64,000 nucleotides of DNA from Epiperipatus broadwayi. Its lineage: Eukaryota > Animalia > Onychophora. Made by a program: the position numbers and the translations under genes. Every line of letters starts with the position of its first letter. The first letter of the stretch is position 1. The stretch spans positions 15,996,001 through 16,060,000 of the forward strand of contig JAQFVV010000004.1 of assembly GCA_028023455.1 (NCBI GenBank). The letters are read 5' to 3'. Positions 51,539 through 64,000 of this stretch are shown piece by piece. The notes under the pieces were generated by a model. It was given only the letters and a program-made list of their open reading frames with translations. It did no database searches and was not told the DNA's origin.

Positions 51539-54500
51539 CATAAATATTCTTCAGAATATGACAATATCCTGGATCTATACCTAGATGATCTAATGCTTTA
51601 ATCACTGGAGAAATGTTTATAGAATCAAATGCCTTTTCATAATCTACAAATCCAAAGCATAATGGCAATTCATATTCATTTGCCCTTCCTATAACTTCTC
51701 TCAATACCTGGATATGATCTACTGTATTAAAACCACTTTTAAATCCAGCTTATTCTCTTGATTGGTAGAAATCCAATGATCCGTGTAGATAAATTATAAT
51801 TATCTTGATAAAATTTTTGTATAAAACTGATAGAAGGCTGATAGGTCTGTAATTTCTAATATCTTATTTATCACCTTTTTAAAATATTAATATTAATACT
51901 GCATTCTTCCAATCATCTGGTATATCTTTATCATTTAGACATTTGGTAAATAACTTTGCTAAAAAAATTCTATTTCTTCACCTGCTTCTTTTAATATATC
52001 AATTATAATTTCATCATTACCTGGAACTTTTCCTTTCTTCATAATTAATTGCACGTTTCACTTTTTCATTTAAAATTCTGGGCAATTTGGAAGATATAAT
52101 AGATATATGAGGTATTTATTCTTTATTACTATATAATTCTTGATAGAAGTCTTTTACCCATTTCATGATGTCATCTCTCTTTTTAGTAATAATTCCATCT
52201 TTTTTTCTTATATAAGATATAAATTTCCTACCAATACCAAAATGTTGTTTTAAACTTTTGAGATTTTTATTCATTTCTACAGCCCTCCTTGCTAGTTCAC
52301 AGTTATACTTTCTTATATCATTTTCAACTCTTTTCCACACCATTTTACAAAATTTGATGTATTTCAATCCTTTTTAATGCATCATTTTTGTATATTTTTA
52401 TATTCCTTCTTTTCTTCATAAATTCTCTAGTCGCAGTAGAAATTTTATTGGTCAATTACTGTTTTTTTTCTACCAGCTATCTTTGTTGCAGTTTTTAAAA
52501 GTGTGTCAGTTATTTTCTTATTAATTTCATTCAAATCTGAATCATATTCAAGATCTAATTAATACTTGAAATCAATTTGTAAGTTCTAATTTAAATTTAT
52601 CAGAATGTTAGGAATATCAACTGTAATTATTGTTTTTCTTAATAATTTTTGTCTTACTAGTTTTGCATTAACATGTATCTTATATCTTACTAATCAATGA
52701 TTGCTTCCTGTGTTAAATTTATTAAGAACATTACAATCTTGAAATATATATTTTCTGTTAGTCAAAATATAATCCAATTCTGCTGTACCTTCACTTGGAT
52801 GCTTCCATGTCTATTTTCTTTTAACATTTTTCTCAAAAAGGAATTCATAATGTAAAGTTTTGCCTTTTGTGCAAACTCCACAAGTCTATGTCCTCTCTCA
52901 TGTCTATCATCAAAATCAAAATTACCTCCAGCACTTCCATCTTTTATTTGTTTACCAATTCTAGCATTAAAGTCTCCCATAACAATTTTAAAATGTTGTT
53001 TATTCTGATCAAAAGCCTTTTGTACATCCATATAAAAATCTTCTACTACTTCAACACTTTGAGAACTTGTTGGGGCATAAACCTGAATTATCTGCATTTG
53101 GTTTCTGCTATTAAGTTGTATAATTAATCTTTCCACTCTGTCTGATATACCATCAATCTCCACAATGTTGTTCTCCCACTTTTTATTTATAATAAATTCT
53201 ACTCCACTTGTATTTCCAATATTTGTGCCTTTATAGTAGACTACATGTCCACTTTTAAATCAATTCACAAAGTCCAATAATGTCCCATATAATATAAGAC
53301 AGTTCTTTTTCTAATTCTTGCAATCTTCCTTCACTTGAAAGTGATCTGCAGTTATAAGTACCTAAATAAAAAGTCCATCATCAAATAGCTGCCTAGGTCC
53401 ACAATCAGGGGATTCTTAGCACCCTTTGCCTTTGGCCACCAACTGCTGCCTCGGTTGAATGACTTTGCAATCTCCTGAGAATAAGGGCCATGATTTATTT
53501 TTGTCTGTCATGATTGTATATTTATTGAAAAAATACTTATCATTTACACATACATTCATTCTGCCTTATCAGGCAACTGAGAAGAAAGATCATGGTGTTT
53601 CTTGATCTTAAACTCAGAGGTAAAAAGCCAATAAACTCACCATGCTGGCTAATGCATGCTGACAAGCAGCCCATTTATGTTCATATACAATAGACCTCCA
53701 AGAGGAATCAAAGGGTCTCATTTCAGTTAATAATAAACTTCTTACTGCAGCCTTTCTGAAATCTCTCCCTCATTAATAATATAAACAAATTAAAAGTATG
53801 TGAACGGTTTGTTTTAATTTTTTTTTAGTATTTGTTTTATGACTATTTGTTTTCAATTTTGTGCATATGTAATTTATAATAATTAATTTTTTTTGAATGA
53901 TTTAAATATATTTTTAAAGTTATATTACAGTATTCTCTGCCATCTATTCACATTTTAATAACAATAACAAGAAATTTGTTTAAATTTTCAATAAAAATAT
54001 TCCAAAAATAGTAAGCCATCTCATTTAAGTGAGTTCATAAAGATTGAAAAGTTTAGATATTGGATATTACAAAGACTGATAAAATAAGTTATGTACATGG
54101 TTGTTATTGAATCATAATAGGAACTTTATTATTAAAAAATTAGAGGAATTTAAAAAATTATTTTGGAAATTATATTTACTTTCTTATAGAACTAAAAGTA
54201 CTTAAAATTTTACTATCTGTGATATTTAAATAAGTTGCAATATCCCCCCCCCCCAAAAAAAAAGCAAAAATTTTGTTCACTTTATAAATTATAAAGTCAA
54301 TGGATTTTCTGACTTTATTGATTAGAATGCAATAAAAATATTAATATAAAGTATAAAAGTTAAAATGTTATTTGTAATTTATGCTACTAAAAGAATTCAT
54401 TTTCTAGGACGCAGTGATAGTTTTTTATGTGGAAAATTGTATTACTGTCAAACAAGTATTGTGACTGACTAAACACAGCAGTTTTACTTGACAATTGGCC

Positions 54501-54599
54501 AAGTGGATTATATTTACATTTCTTAGTTGAAAAGCATTTAGTTGTAATTAATAATTTTTGTTTGTCATTCATTAGACTAGAGATTATTCAATAATTAAT

Positions 54600-55170
54600 A
54601 ATATATCTGTAGTGTAATTTTCACTGCACCACTCTCACCCAAAGTGAGGACTGGTTTTTATCTACTTTTAACACCTTGTGGAAGGATGTAATCATAAACA
54701 TATCATCAGAGATGTGAAAAAGATCTATGATTACCCCAAGATGTGCATTTTGTGCTGAATCAGCACCAGCAGTTGGCCCAGATCATAACCTCTTACTCTT
54801 ATCTTTATCATTATTCAGTATATATAGATAGCAAATTACAGTTTAATTGATATGTCAAATGTGTTCACCTCACAACTTTGACACAAATCACTTAATGAAA
54901 GTGTATTAATAATTTGTATTAGTCATTCCTTAGATTAGGGAATTTTCATTAATGAATATTTTTATAATTTTCACTACACCACTCTCACAAGGTAGGGAAT
55001 GGTTTCTATTCATTTTTAACACTTTTTGGAGGGATTAGATCTTTTCCACATATCGTTAGTCATATGTTTCTGATTGCATCTCTCCATAAGAATGTTAAAA
55101 GCAGATAGAAAACAGTCCCTACCTTGTGTGAGAGCGGTGTAGTGAAAATTACACTGCAGAAATATTTATT
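54600..55170. mobile_element. Family C Penelope-like pseudo-LTR: tandem plus inverted segments; degenerate HHR at 54736-54776 (-)
   Basis: AATTTTCACT..ACCACTCTCAC at about 54616 and 54968, inverted at about 55085-55165; minus strand CCAA-CTGCTG-GTGCTG att CAGCAC-AAAA-TGCACA-TC/TTGG. Confidence 0.8.
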
Positions 55171-56299
55171 TGCAATGTTTGCTTTTTAACATTGTGCTAA
55201 ACCACATAGAATACTATTCGTTAGTAGTTTTTCATCATATTATTAATGAACTAAAAACTATTTGTGAACAATAATGATAAAGCTTATGATATCAAAGACT
55301 GAATTTGAAAAGAATGTTTTTTTTTCTTCTCAAATTATCAAAAATATTTATCATTTATATGATAAAACAAAAGCAGCTCTCTATTGCCATCTATATTAAG
55401 CCTGAATAATCAGTTATTACTACATGGGAATGTATTTAAATTCCAATTACCAGAATGGGTCAAGTTTTTACCTTTATCAACGAGGCCTTTGATTCAAACT
55501 TGAAATAATGCAATTATGATCTAGGCATCATTTTTAATTTTATTTTACTATTCATGCTAAAAGTCTGAAATTGCAGTCATCTAGTAATCACTGATTTAGA
55601 TGACAGTATATATATAAAGAGCTGCTTTTGATTGGTCGTAATTTATGTAATTTAAGAAATGTAATGATTTGTTTTTCCATGTATATGTTTGTATGTAGCT
55701 AATAATGACTAGGAGTTATTGCAGGATTGTTTTGAAAATGTAGTTGGAAGTGGTTTTAAAAATAGAAGAGCTTGTTTTTTTAATAATTAAATACTGTTAT
55801 TGTTTTCATTTATAACTTGACACATATTTACCTTTAAAAAAAATGTTACAACTGTTTTTTTTAAATATCAAATTATAAGCATCCCGATTTTTAGAAACAT
55901 AGGTGGTAAAAATAATAATTATTATTATAAAACTTTTTCAGTTTTTAAAGTTTAAACATTTTCTAATAAAATGGATTATACTCTCTATGTAGTTAAAAAG
56001 GATAATGATATTGTAATTTGAAATGCATTTTGTTATATAAATTTGCAATGTCACATGATTGCTTTTTTTTTGTCAGAATGTATGTGCAGTATAGATATTT
56101 TTAATACGAATTACTATATAGCTTTCTTTGCTTCATGCTTTAGCATAAAAGAAATTCTTAGGCTACATATGAACTCCTAAACCATCATTTCTCAAAAATG
56201 CAGAAAAAGTAAATAATAGACATGGAAAAATGATACAGTGGAATCCTATTAAAAATTATTAATAATGACAGTATAACATAGAGTTTATAATTTAAATAA

Positions 56300-56545
56300 T
56301 CATCATTTTCAACTATATCTACTGCAGGATGAAGGTGTCTCTCCACCACCAATCTCTAACCTTTCTTCTCCACATGAGACCAACAGAGTTTTTATTTCAT
56401 GCATCCATCTCACATGTGGTCACTTTCTAAATCTTTTGCAATATCTTGGTATCCAGTTTAAGATTTCATCTGTCCATTTATTATCATCTCTTCTAGCAAT
56501 ATGTTCAGCCAATTCCACTTCAGTCTCTTAATTCTTTTAATGATG
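56300..56545 (-). mobile_element. RTE 3' fragment
   Basis: Aligns with 50390-50620. Confidence 0.8.
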
Positions 56546-58059
56546 TTGCAAAAATGTGTACATAATATTTCTATAAGTATATATACTGTATGTTTTAAAA
56601 AAAAATTTTTAATTGTAATTTTTTTGCCTCATCATAGCTTATTTAATCTGGAGAGATGTAAGCATTATTTGGAAGGGGAAAAAAGGGCAATAATGAGGTG
56701 ATAAGCTTTAAAAATAAAATAAAAATTGAAAAGAATTTTATTAGTAATGAAATTATAAAAATGTTTGAGAAAATTATAAGATTGTTTCTATATATTTTAA
56801 TTTATTTTATAATTAGAACTTATGGAAATTTAATTATGGACCATTATTTAATAATAAGCAACTAATTATAATATACATATTTTACACACATTAAAAATTT
56901 ATATAATCTCTTTCTATATAAGTTGTTTTAAAATAATACAATCAGTAAAAAAAGGTACATTGGGATTAGAGCTGCTATGATGTATTCATGATTGGAATAA
57001 AGAAACAAATGTTGTTGTCAGGAAGGCTTAAAAAATCATCTTATGTTCTCAAAGTAATTTTAGATTGTCTTAAATTGTTATTAAACTTTTTTTTAATTCT
57101 AAATAATTTTGTGTAAGTAATATAAAATAATTAATTTTCCTTTTTAGAATATTGTAAATGTTTTTAATTTGGTGTTTATTTATAGATTTGTTTCAAGGTC
57201 AAGTTTGTCATGATTATGTCACAAAACTAAAAAAAAATATTTATGCCTGTTATTATTATTTAATTTTTTTAAAAAAGTTTCATCTCTTTATTTCCCATTA
57301 TTTTAAAAACAGGAAGTCCCTTTTTTGGCAATTTTCCTGCAAATGGGGAAATTTATTTGCTTGCATTGTAATGTTTTTGACATTTTGTTTTGAAAGGGAA
57401 GTACTTTTTTGGTATTGATGCTTTGTTTGTATTTTGACATTTGGTTTTTTTTTAAAAAAATTTCTAGTTGGTGTTGATGTTAAAAAAAATTAATTTTGTT
57501 TAAATTTATTTTGCCAAAAATCAATAAATGATAAGTTATATATTGCAAGTTTTAGTGATAGCAATGGTATTCCAATCACATATGTTTATTGTTAGAAAGT
57601 GACAGTGAAAAAAGTCTTGGGTACTTTTCTGTTTTACAGGCAAGCAAGATGGTGTCATATTTTTGATAAGTATATAGTTTCGGGGTCTACTATTTCTTTT
57701 TTTTTTAATATGTTAGTTGTTAAATCAAAGAAAAATTAATAAGTTAAATGACATAAAAGTAATAAATTTCATAAAATTACATTAATAATCTTTATTTCAA
57801 TTTTTTATTTTATTTGTAATGTTGAAGTGATGATATGCTCTCAACTTTAATGTTTTCGGTGATTTGTGTAGAGAAACCAATGCTTCATCATGGTATCACT
57901 TTCAAGTTTTTTATTTTTCAAATGAAATTTATGTTCCTATAACTCATTTTTTATTTATGTGCAATATGTATGAAGAAAAATTTGATAGCAGATAAAAAAT
58001 ATAACATTCTAATGAAATTTTTCATATAGTTTATTTAATTATTTTCATTGATTTCTTAG

Positions 58060-58165
58060 GTCCGGAACCATCTCCTTATTTTCATATATACAATGTATCT
58101 TTTTACACGGATTTCTTTTACACATACTTTTTGGAAACCAATCTATCATGTAAAAAGAGAATTAG
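58060..58165 (+). CDS. Candidate 106-nt exon
   Basis: TTTCTTAG acceptor, AG/GTGAAA donor, two open frames (for example VRNHLLIFIYTMYLFTRISFTHTFWKPIYHVKREL), CpGs retained. Confidence 0.25.
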
Positions 58166-58227
58166 GTGAAAACATTTATATGTGTGTGAGAGAGTGTGTT
58201 TACATTTGCAGTAAAAGTATTTAATAA

Positions 58228-58330
58228 TGAGCATATCTTAGGGATCATAGATCTTTTTCACATGTCTCTGGTCATATGTTTAAGATTACATCCTTCCACA
58301 ATGTGCTAAATTACACCACAGAAATATTAT
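58228..58330 (+). mobile_element. Family C fragment beginning at about the HHR cleavage site
   Basis: GCATATC/TTAGGGATCATAGATCTTTTTCACAT.. is the reverse complement of 54670-54745. Confidence 0.7.
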
Positions 58331-58735
58331 TTATTTTTTAATAATTATGAATTAATTATAATAATTTATGTAATTCTACAAAACTTGTACTGCTCAAGTT
58401 AATATTAAAAGGTAAAGATGGCACAAGAGTCTTGAAAGCACTGGGCTAGCTTTCAGTAGAAAAGTCTATAATTATTGAGATTTATAATAATTTAATGTAT
58501 TTATATATAATGTTATTAAATACAAATATTTGCATATATTTTAAAATAAAATTTAAAAAACTATCCACCTGCAAAAATATTGCGAAAGGACTGTGATTTA
58601 GTATCAAAAACAGGTTTATTCAACTATGTTTACAATAAAGAAAAAATTATAAAATAACATTAAATTTGGCAATACATTTATAAACCATTAAATTACTTAA
58701 TATCCAATATTAATATGATTCCATGTGGAATTTAC

Positions 58736-59396
58736 TATTAGGTGAGGAGCTAACTTCAAATCTCTTTCTTTGATATCTTTTAATTTTTGTAAAAAAATTA
58801 ATGTTGGATCAGATATAACAGACTTGAAGATTAGGAAGCATCTGACAAACCATAGACAGAAAGTGATGAAAGTTGCAATCATAAATACTAAAAAAAAAAA
58901 AAAACATTTATTTCTATGGGTTTGAATTTAGATCTAGATTAAAGAAAGCAGTCAATAATTGTGGCATATCCGATGAATTAAGAGTTCATTATGTATATAA
59001 TCTGATATGATCTAGAACTAATATAGAAAATAAATCGTCATTGTGGTAAACATATGATATTTGAACACATTGAAAAAATACACGCGGTAAATATCTAACT
59101 TCATCTTACCAAACAGCAGTAATGTTTTTATTTCTATTCTTTTTTCTCAAGTTGTTTTGATTTTCAAACTGTCAACAGATTTTAAATCAGATTATGCAAC
59201 AATCAAACTTGATATACTTTGTGGGGTTTAATGGTATTTTGTGCGTAGGATTAAACCAGCTACCCTCCCCATCCGCCACAAAAATAAAATTGATTATAAA
59301 AAAAATAATTGTTTCATTTTCATTTACCATTGTCAAACTTGCTCCACTCACAACTTTGACAGCATCCATTTCGGATAAATACAATAATGATTATTA
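58736..59396 (-). CDS. Candidate two-exon fragment (59396-59328 and 58887-58736) of a membrane protein
   Basis: T-rich AG acceptor at 58889/58888, GTAAAT donors; splices in frame to IIIIVFIRNGCCQSCEWSKFDNVFMIATFITFCLWFVRCFLIFK... Confidence 0.25.
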
Positions 59397-60464
59397 CTAA
59401 TCATTTTTGAAATTAGAGATTATCTCTAGCATAGATATAAACTTTAAACCTCAGTTAAAGATTAATATATCTGATTTTTTATTTATTTTACACACATGGA
59501 GTTATTAACCTTTCTCTTTTCCATGTGTAATATCTTATTGTAATATCTTATAGATATAATAAATAGCTCCATACTTCCCCATTCAAAAAAAATAGTACTG
59601 AAATATTAGTCGATTGTATATAAAAAGATAAATATTAGAAAAAAAATACCATAAACATTTTCATTCTTTTGTTTTAATTAAGTTTTCAATCTTATTTTTT
59701 TAAAAAAGGAGAAACATCTTTTAAAAAGCAAATGAGTACTGTACTCTAGTTAATTAAGTCTAAAAAATAAAAAAAGTAGGAATCATTGTCATCATTTAAT
59801 TTTAAAAGAAGAAAAAATCCTGAATTATAATTATTTGTTTTAAAATAATATCTAACAAAAATATTATAAATATATAATCGAATTCAGTGCTTCTGTGGTC
59901 AAAATAAAGCGTTTAAGTTGTCAAAAAATAATGGCCGACGTTTCATAATCTTCTCAAATTCCACAATATTATTTTTAAAATTTATATGTATGTGTGTGCA
60001 TTAATTATAATAACTACTAACTAATTATGATTAATAATTCTTAAATGTTGTGTTTTATATAATAAATTAGTATTGTATTTAGTAAACGAAGGGTTTTTTT
60101 CCGGAAAATAATTAAAATGCTTAATATAGCAGGCAATTTTTTGTGTATTATTTATATGTATACAAATAAATAAAAATTAAATTCCATATACTATTTCTTT
60201 TACATATCTTGTTTATTATGTGAATCAAGTTTCTTTGTATTTGTACATATGTATATTTTATAATTTCATTTACAGTTTGCCATATTCTATGATTATTTTC
60301 AAAGTCTGTTTTTAATTATTTCTTTATACAATTGCTTTTATTTTATTCTGGTAACTTTTTAGTTTCCAATTTCTTAAATTTTAAATACAAATGGGTCAAT
60401 TTTTAAACAAAAAAAGAAAGCTAAATTATTTAATTAATTATGCATATAAGTATGTAACTAGCTA

Positions 60465-61372
60465 GAAAATCCAGACTACAATGAATCCAACTGTTGCATT
60501 GGTGGGCACAGGTCTACACTCCTATTCTTATCTTCAGGTGTGGTAGTGGTGGTTATGAGGGGCTTAATATATTTATGAGGGCAATCGACGATCATTGTCA
60601 AGCCCAGGGATACCTACTGGGTGGGTGAAAGTCACTGCCCTCCATTGAACTTTGCCCTGAGAGGCTGCTGCACCCCCTTGATCGATTGTTTATTAGGACA
60701 GTATTGATTTGAGCTCATTATTATTATTTTTTCCTTGGTTAACTTTAAAATTAGAGTGTTTGTAAGGCTGTTGATCTGATTTGGGCCATCACCAATTTTT
60801 GTAGCTTTGATGGAGTCTTTGCTGCAATAATTTTGTGGGCATGGGTCTGCACTCCTCTTTTCTTCCTCAGGGGTGGTGGCGGTCATTAGGGGACTGGTTT
60901 ATTGGTGCAGACTGTTGACAATTATTGTCACTACCTGAAAAACCTGCCTGGAGGGTACCTGGTCAAAGTCTCAGCACCATTCCTGCTCTGGTCAGCTGCT
61001 GTGCCCCCTTGATAAGTTGGATTTTGGGCAGTGCAGAACTGTGCTCACTACATGTTAGTTTTTCTTAATTGGCTTTTCAATTCTGGGCAGGTAGACCAAA
61101 TGTGGTCCCTGCACATTTGGACTGTTAATTGGGAGACAGAGGTATCTAGAATGGTCTTGACATTGCTCGGCTGTGGGTCAAGAATTTATTGTTTAATGGA
61201 CTTGAACGTTGGACCTCACTGCCTGTTGTGGTGGTTGGCGCAATGCTGGACTTGTCCACCTATTCAGCTGAAGCATTTGGGTCTTCTCTTTGGGGCCCCA
61301 GGGGTGGGATCATTGGGTGATGGATGGCTTCTCAGCGGCTGGGCCAACTTTATAGCAACCCTTTTATGGATA
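60465..61372. repeat. GC-richer island with a diverged direct repeat of about 330 bp
   Basis: GGGCA..GGTCT.CACTCCT..TCTT..TCAGG.GTGGT at 60504 and 60837; GCTGCTG..CCCCTTGAT at 60664 and 60995. Confidence 0.65.
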
Positions 61373-63167
61373 TAATTGTTATCAAGCATATGTACCTTAT
61401 ATAATCAATATTTTTTTTTACCTTGTTTGTTACATTAAACCCTTTGTAATTCTCAATGGGTAAGCATACCCAAAAATTTTTGTAATCTTTTTACTAATAA
61501 AGGTTACTTTTGAAAAAAAAAAAAAATAGTATTAAATATATATGCATATATGTTAAAATACATGCACATTTAAAGTTAAAAAGTAAGTGTAATAAATTTA
61601 AATAAAAAAATTAATTAAAATGGTACTTATGTATTAATCCTGTGATGAGATTTTACAAGTATATTAGTCCACTGATAATATTCTAACTATACAATCTCAT
61701 AAAATAACATTTGCAGGGGATTTTCTGACAAACTTAATCCATCAATTTTGATAAATGACAACCAGTAATTTTATTTAGTGCAAAATGGCGACCTATAATT
61801 TTATTTAGTGGAAATAAGCAAATATGTATTTATGTTTTGAATCTAATTGAGTTATTTGCAAAATGATGAGAAATAACATTATTTGTACAAAGTGACAACT
61901 TATAACTTTGTTTATTGGAAATAAACAAACATGTATTTACTTTTTTTTTTGCAAGAAGTGGTGAAACATTTAAATTTTTAGCAATATACATTTATACAAA
62001 TAAAAAAGAAAAGTAAAAGATTGTTTCTTACAATGGGTGGACTGAAGTTTTTTTTTTTTTTTATGTCCTACAAAATGCAAATGAAAGCATAGCTATGATT
62101 TATATGAAAATGTTGATATCCGGCAGCTTGCAACTTATTACTTTTGTAGGATTTTGCATTTTTCTCAGGATAACATGCTACATGCATAATCTTCTCATAG
62201 ATAGTTAGTTATTCCAGTGTATGACCATATTTTGAAAGGTGTGGATGACTGCATTTTCCTCAGTAGTGGACAGTTTTCAAATTTTAATCATTTTGTTGGG
62301 AAAAAAGTTGTTCAAAAAATTCATTCAGCAGAAATTAAAGCACAGTAAATTACACGTACATCTTATTTTTGCCAGATAATCGATTAATCAGCGCAGCATT
62401 TTTCATGATATCATAGCATACTTTAAATTGTAAAATTAGTAGTGAAATCAACATTTTGACTAACAACTTTCTCCTGATCGGAATATTATCTAATAATTAG
62501 TTTATTTCTTTTTTAGAAGTTTGTGAATATGTTTAATTTGATCTTTATATACACATTTGTTTGTGTTGACAATTTCATCACTGGACTAATACAAAAGTAT
62601 ACCATTAGAACTTATATAATGAGTAAATAAAACAACTTTGATTAAATTCTTAAAAATCAAAAGAGATAAGTTAACATAATTCCATGTCAAAATAATCTAA
62701 AACTAATTAATAACAATTAAAAAGTAGAAGATATTACTTATTAACTGAAAGCTTCTTCAGTTAAAAAATATTAAACAATGCCAGCAGAATCTGAGTGGCT
62801 CAATCAATTAAAACAGGAATTCTAATAATTAATTAGAAGCGAACAATTAGTCTAAGAGAAGAAACCAACATGCATGCAGATGAACTTGCAACATACACAG
62901 TGCTGGACATGATTGTGTGTTGGTTTAGTTATTTTCTACCATGAAGAGATTTGCCTCCGGATATGCCAAAGTAAATCTAGGGACTTGATAACATCACACT
63001 GGCCTTCATTCACTTTTAATTCTATTTTACCATTTAACATAATAACTGAAATTGAAATCAGACTAAGATTTGAACCTAAGTCAACTTGTTTGAACAATTA
63101 TATAAATGCATCTTTTGTTCAATATCTATATATTTTGTAACCCTCAGTTCTTTATTAATAAAGCCCA

Positions 63168-63208
63168 AGTCTCATTGCTAAGGTAAAAGCCAGAAATCAG
63201 TCTGGGGT
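63168..63208 (+). ncRNA. Degenerate family A-like hammerhead
   Basis: TCTCA-TTGCTAA-GGT aaaa GCC-A-GAAA-TCAG-TC/TGGGG. Confidence 0.45.
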
Positions 63209-64000
63209 TGAGGATTTAATCACAGATTACCCAAGCTTACATTCCGATGGCATTATGATAGAGAGCTGCTCTTGCTTTATCATATATTAAGGATCTGAAT
63301 AATTAAATGATTTGTTCTTATTAACATTCTTACCCAGAGGGAAAATATGTTTACAGTTAATAAAGAGTTGAAAGTATTAAAATATATGGATATTGATCTG
63401 AAATCAGATCTATATAACTGTTCAAATAAGATGACTTGGATTCAATATCTAAAGCGGATTTGAATTTTAGATTATTGACTTGAATGGTAAAATGGAGTAA
63501 AATATGGTTGCTAAATATATAACTGCATTATTCCAGTTTTGAATCCCAAACTTCATTAATAGTGTCAAAACCAGAATCTAGTTTAGAATAGGAATTACAA
63601 AATGCATTACTTAATCACTGATTACTCATACTTACAGCAGATGAGACTAGAATAGAGAGCCTCTGCTATTTTAAATATTTAAATATAATAAACAAGTAAA
63701 GGGTTAGGTATAATTATTAGAAAATATAATATATCGATTTTCTTATTTTCAAATAAACAATTTCTAATTAAGAAACTTGTAATAAAGATGTTAACTTTTG
63801 TGTCTATAAAAAATTTAACAGAATTTCACTGTTGCTGTCATACTGCCAGCTGGATCATACATTTATTGTGAGACTCCATAGAGTTTTTTGAATTATCAAA
63901 GTTATAGAATAAATAGAAATATATAAATTATCAAAAATACATTTTTAAAAATAAATTTTAAATAAATGTTAAAATCTTAAATGTTATATGTATATAATTG

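Larger units (their letters stand above)
50368..53720 (-). mobile_element. RTE-clade LINE, full-length layout (5' UTR, APE endonuclease, RT, (GAT)n tail), many stops
   Basis: IIQVYAPTSS..MGDFNARIG (endonuclease); GFVDYEKAFDS, GVRQGDSLSPKLF (RT); LKWSWAGHIV. Confidence 0.95.

Noticed and set aside
59933-59965. Minus-strand TTGAGAA..GAAACGTC/GGCC
   Set aside because: No stem II and poor stem I.

Overview
Very AT-rich, CpG-depleted animal (probably invertebrate) genomic DNA with no confidently identifiable host gene. Nearly all ORF-track entries are fragments of decayed transposons or are spurious. The window holds RTE-clade LINE copies (three long, seven short, ending in (GAT)n tails), a Vingi/Ingi-like LINE, a Tx1/L1-like 3' end, hAT and Tigger transposase relics, a tRNA-Gly-derived SINE and small MITEs. 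The main signal is a dense population of non-coding, Penelope-like or retrozyme-type elements, about 15 hammerhead ribozyme (HHR) motifs from roughly seven sequence families. Many are fold-back insertions, and three family A copies have 12-13 bp target-site duplications (TSDs). Two unrelated elements (38398-38438 and 51372-51413) carry a type I HHR whose core reads AUGAGUA instead of CUGAnGA. This is a compensatory A3-U8 swap of the C3-G8 pair that standard motif searches would miss. All folds and alignments were read by eye, and ribozyme activity is inferred, not shown.
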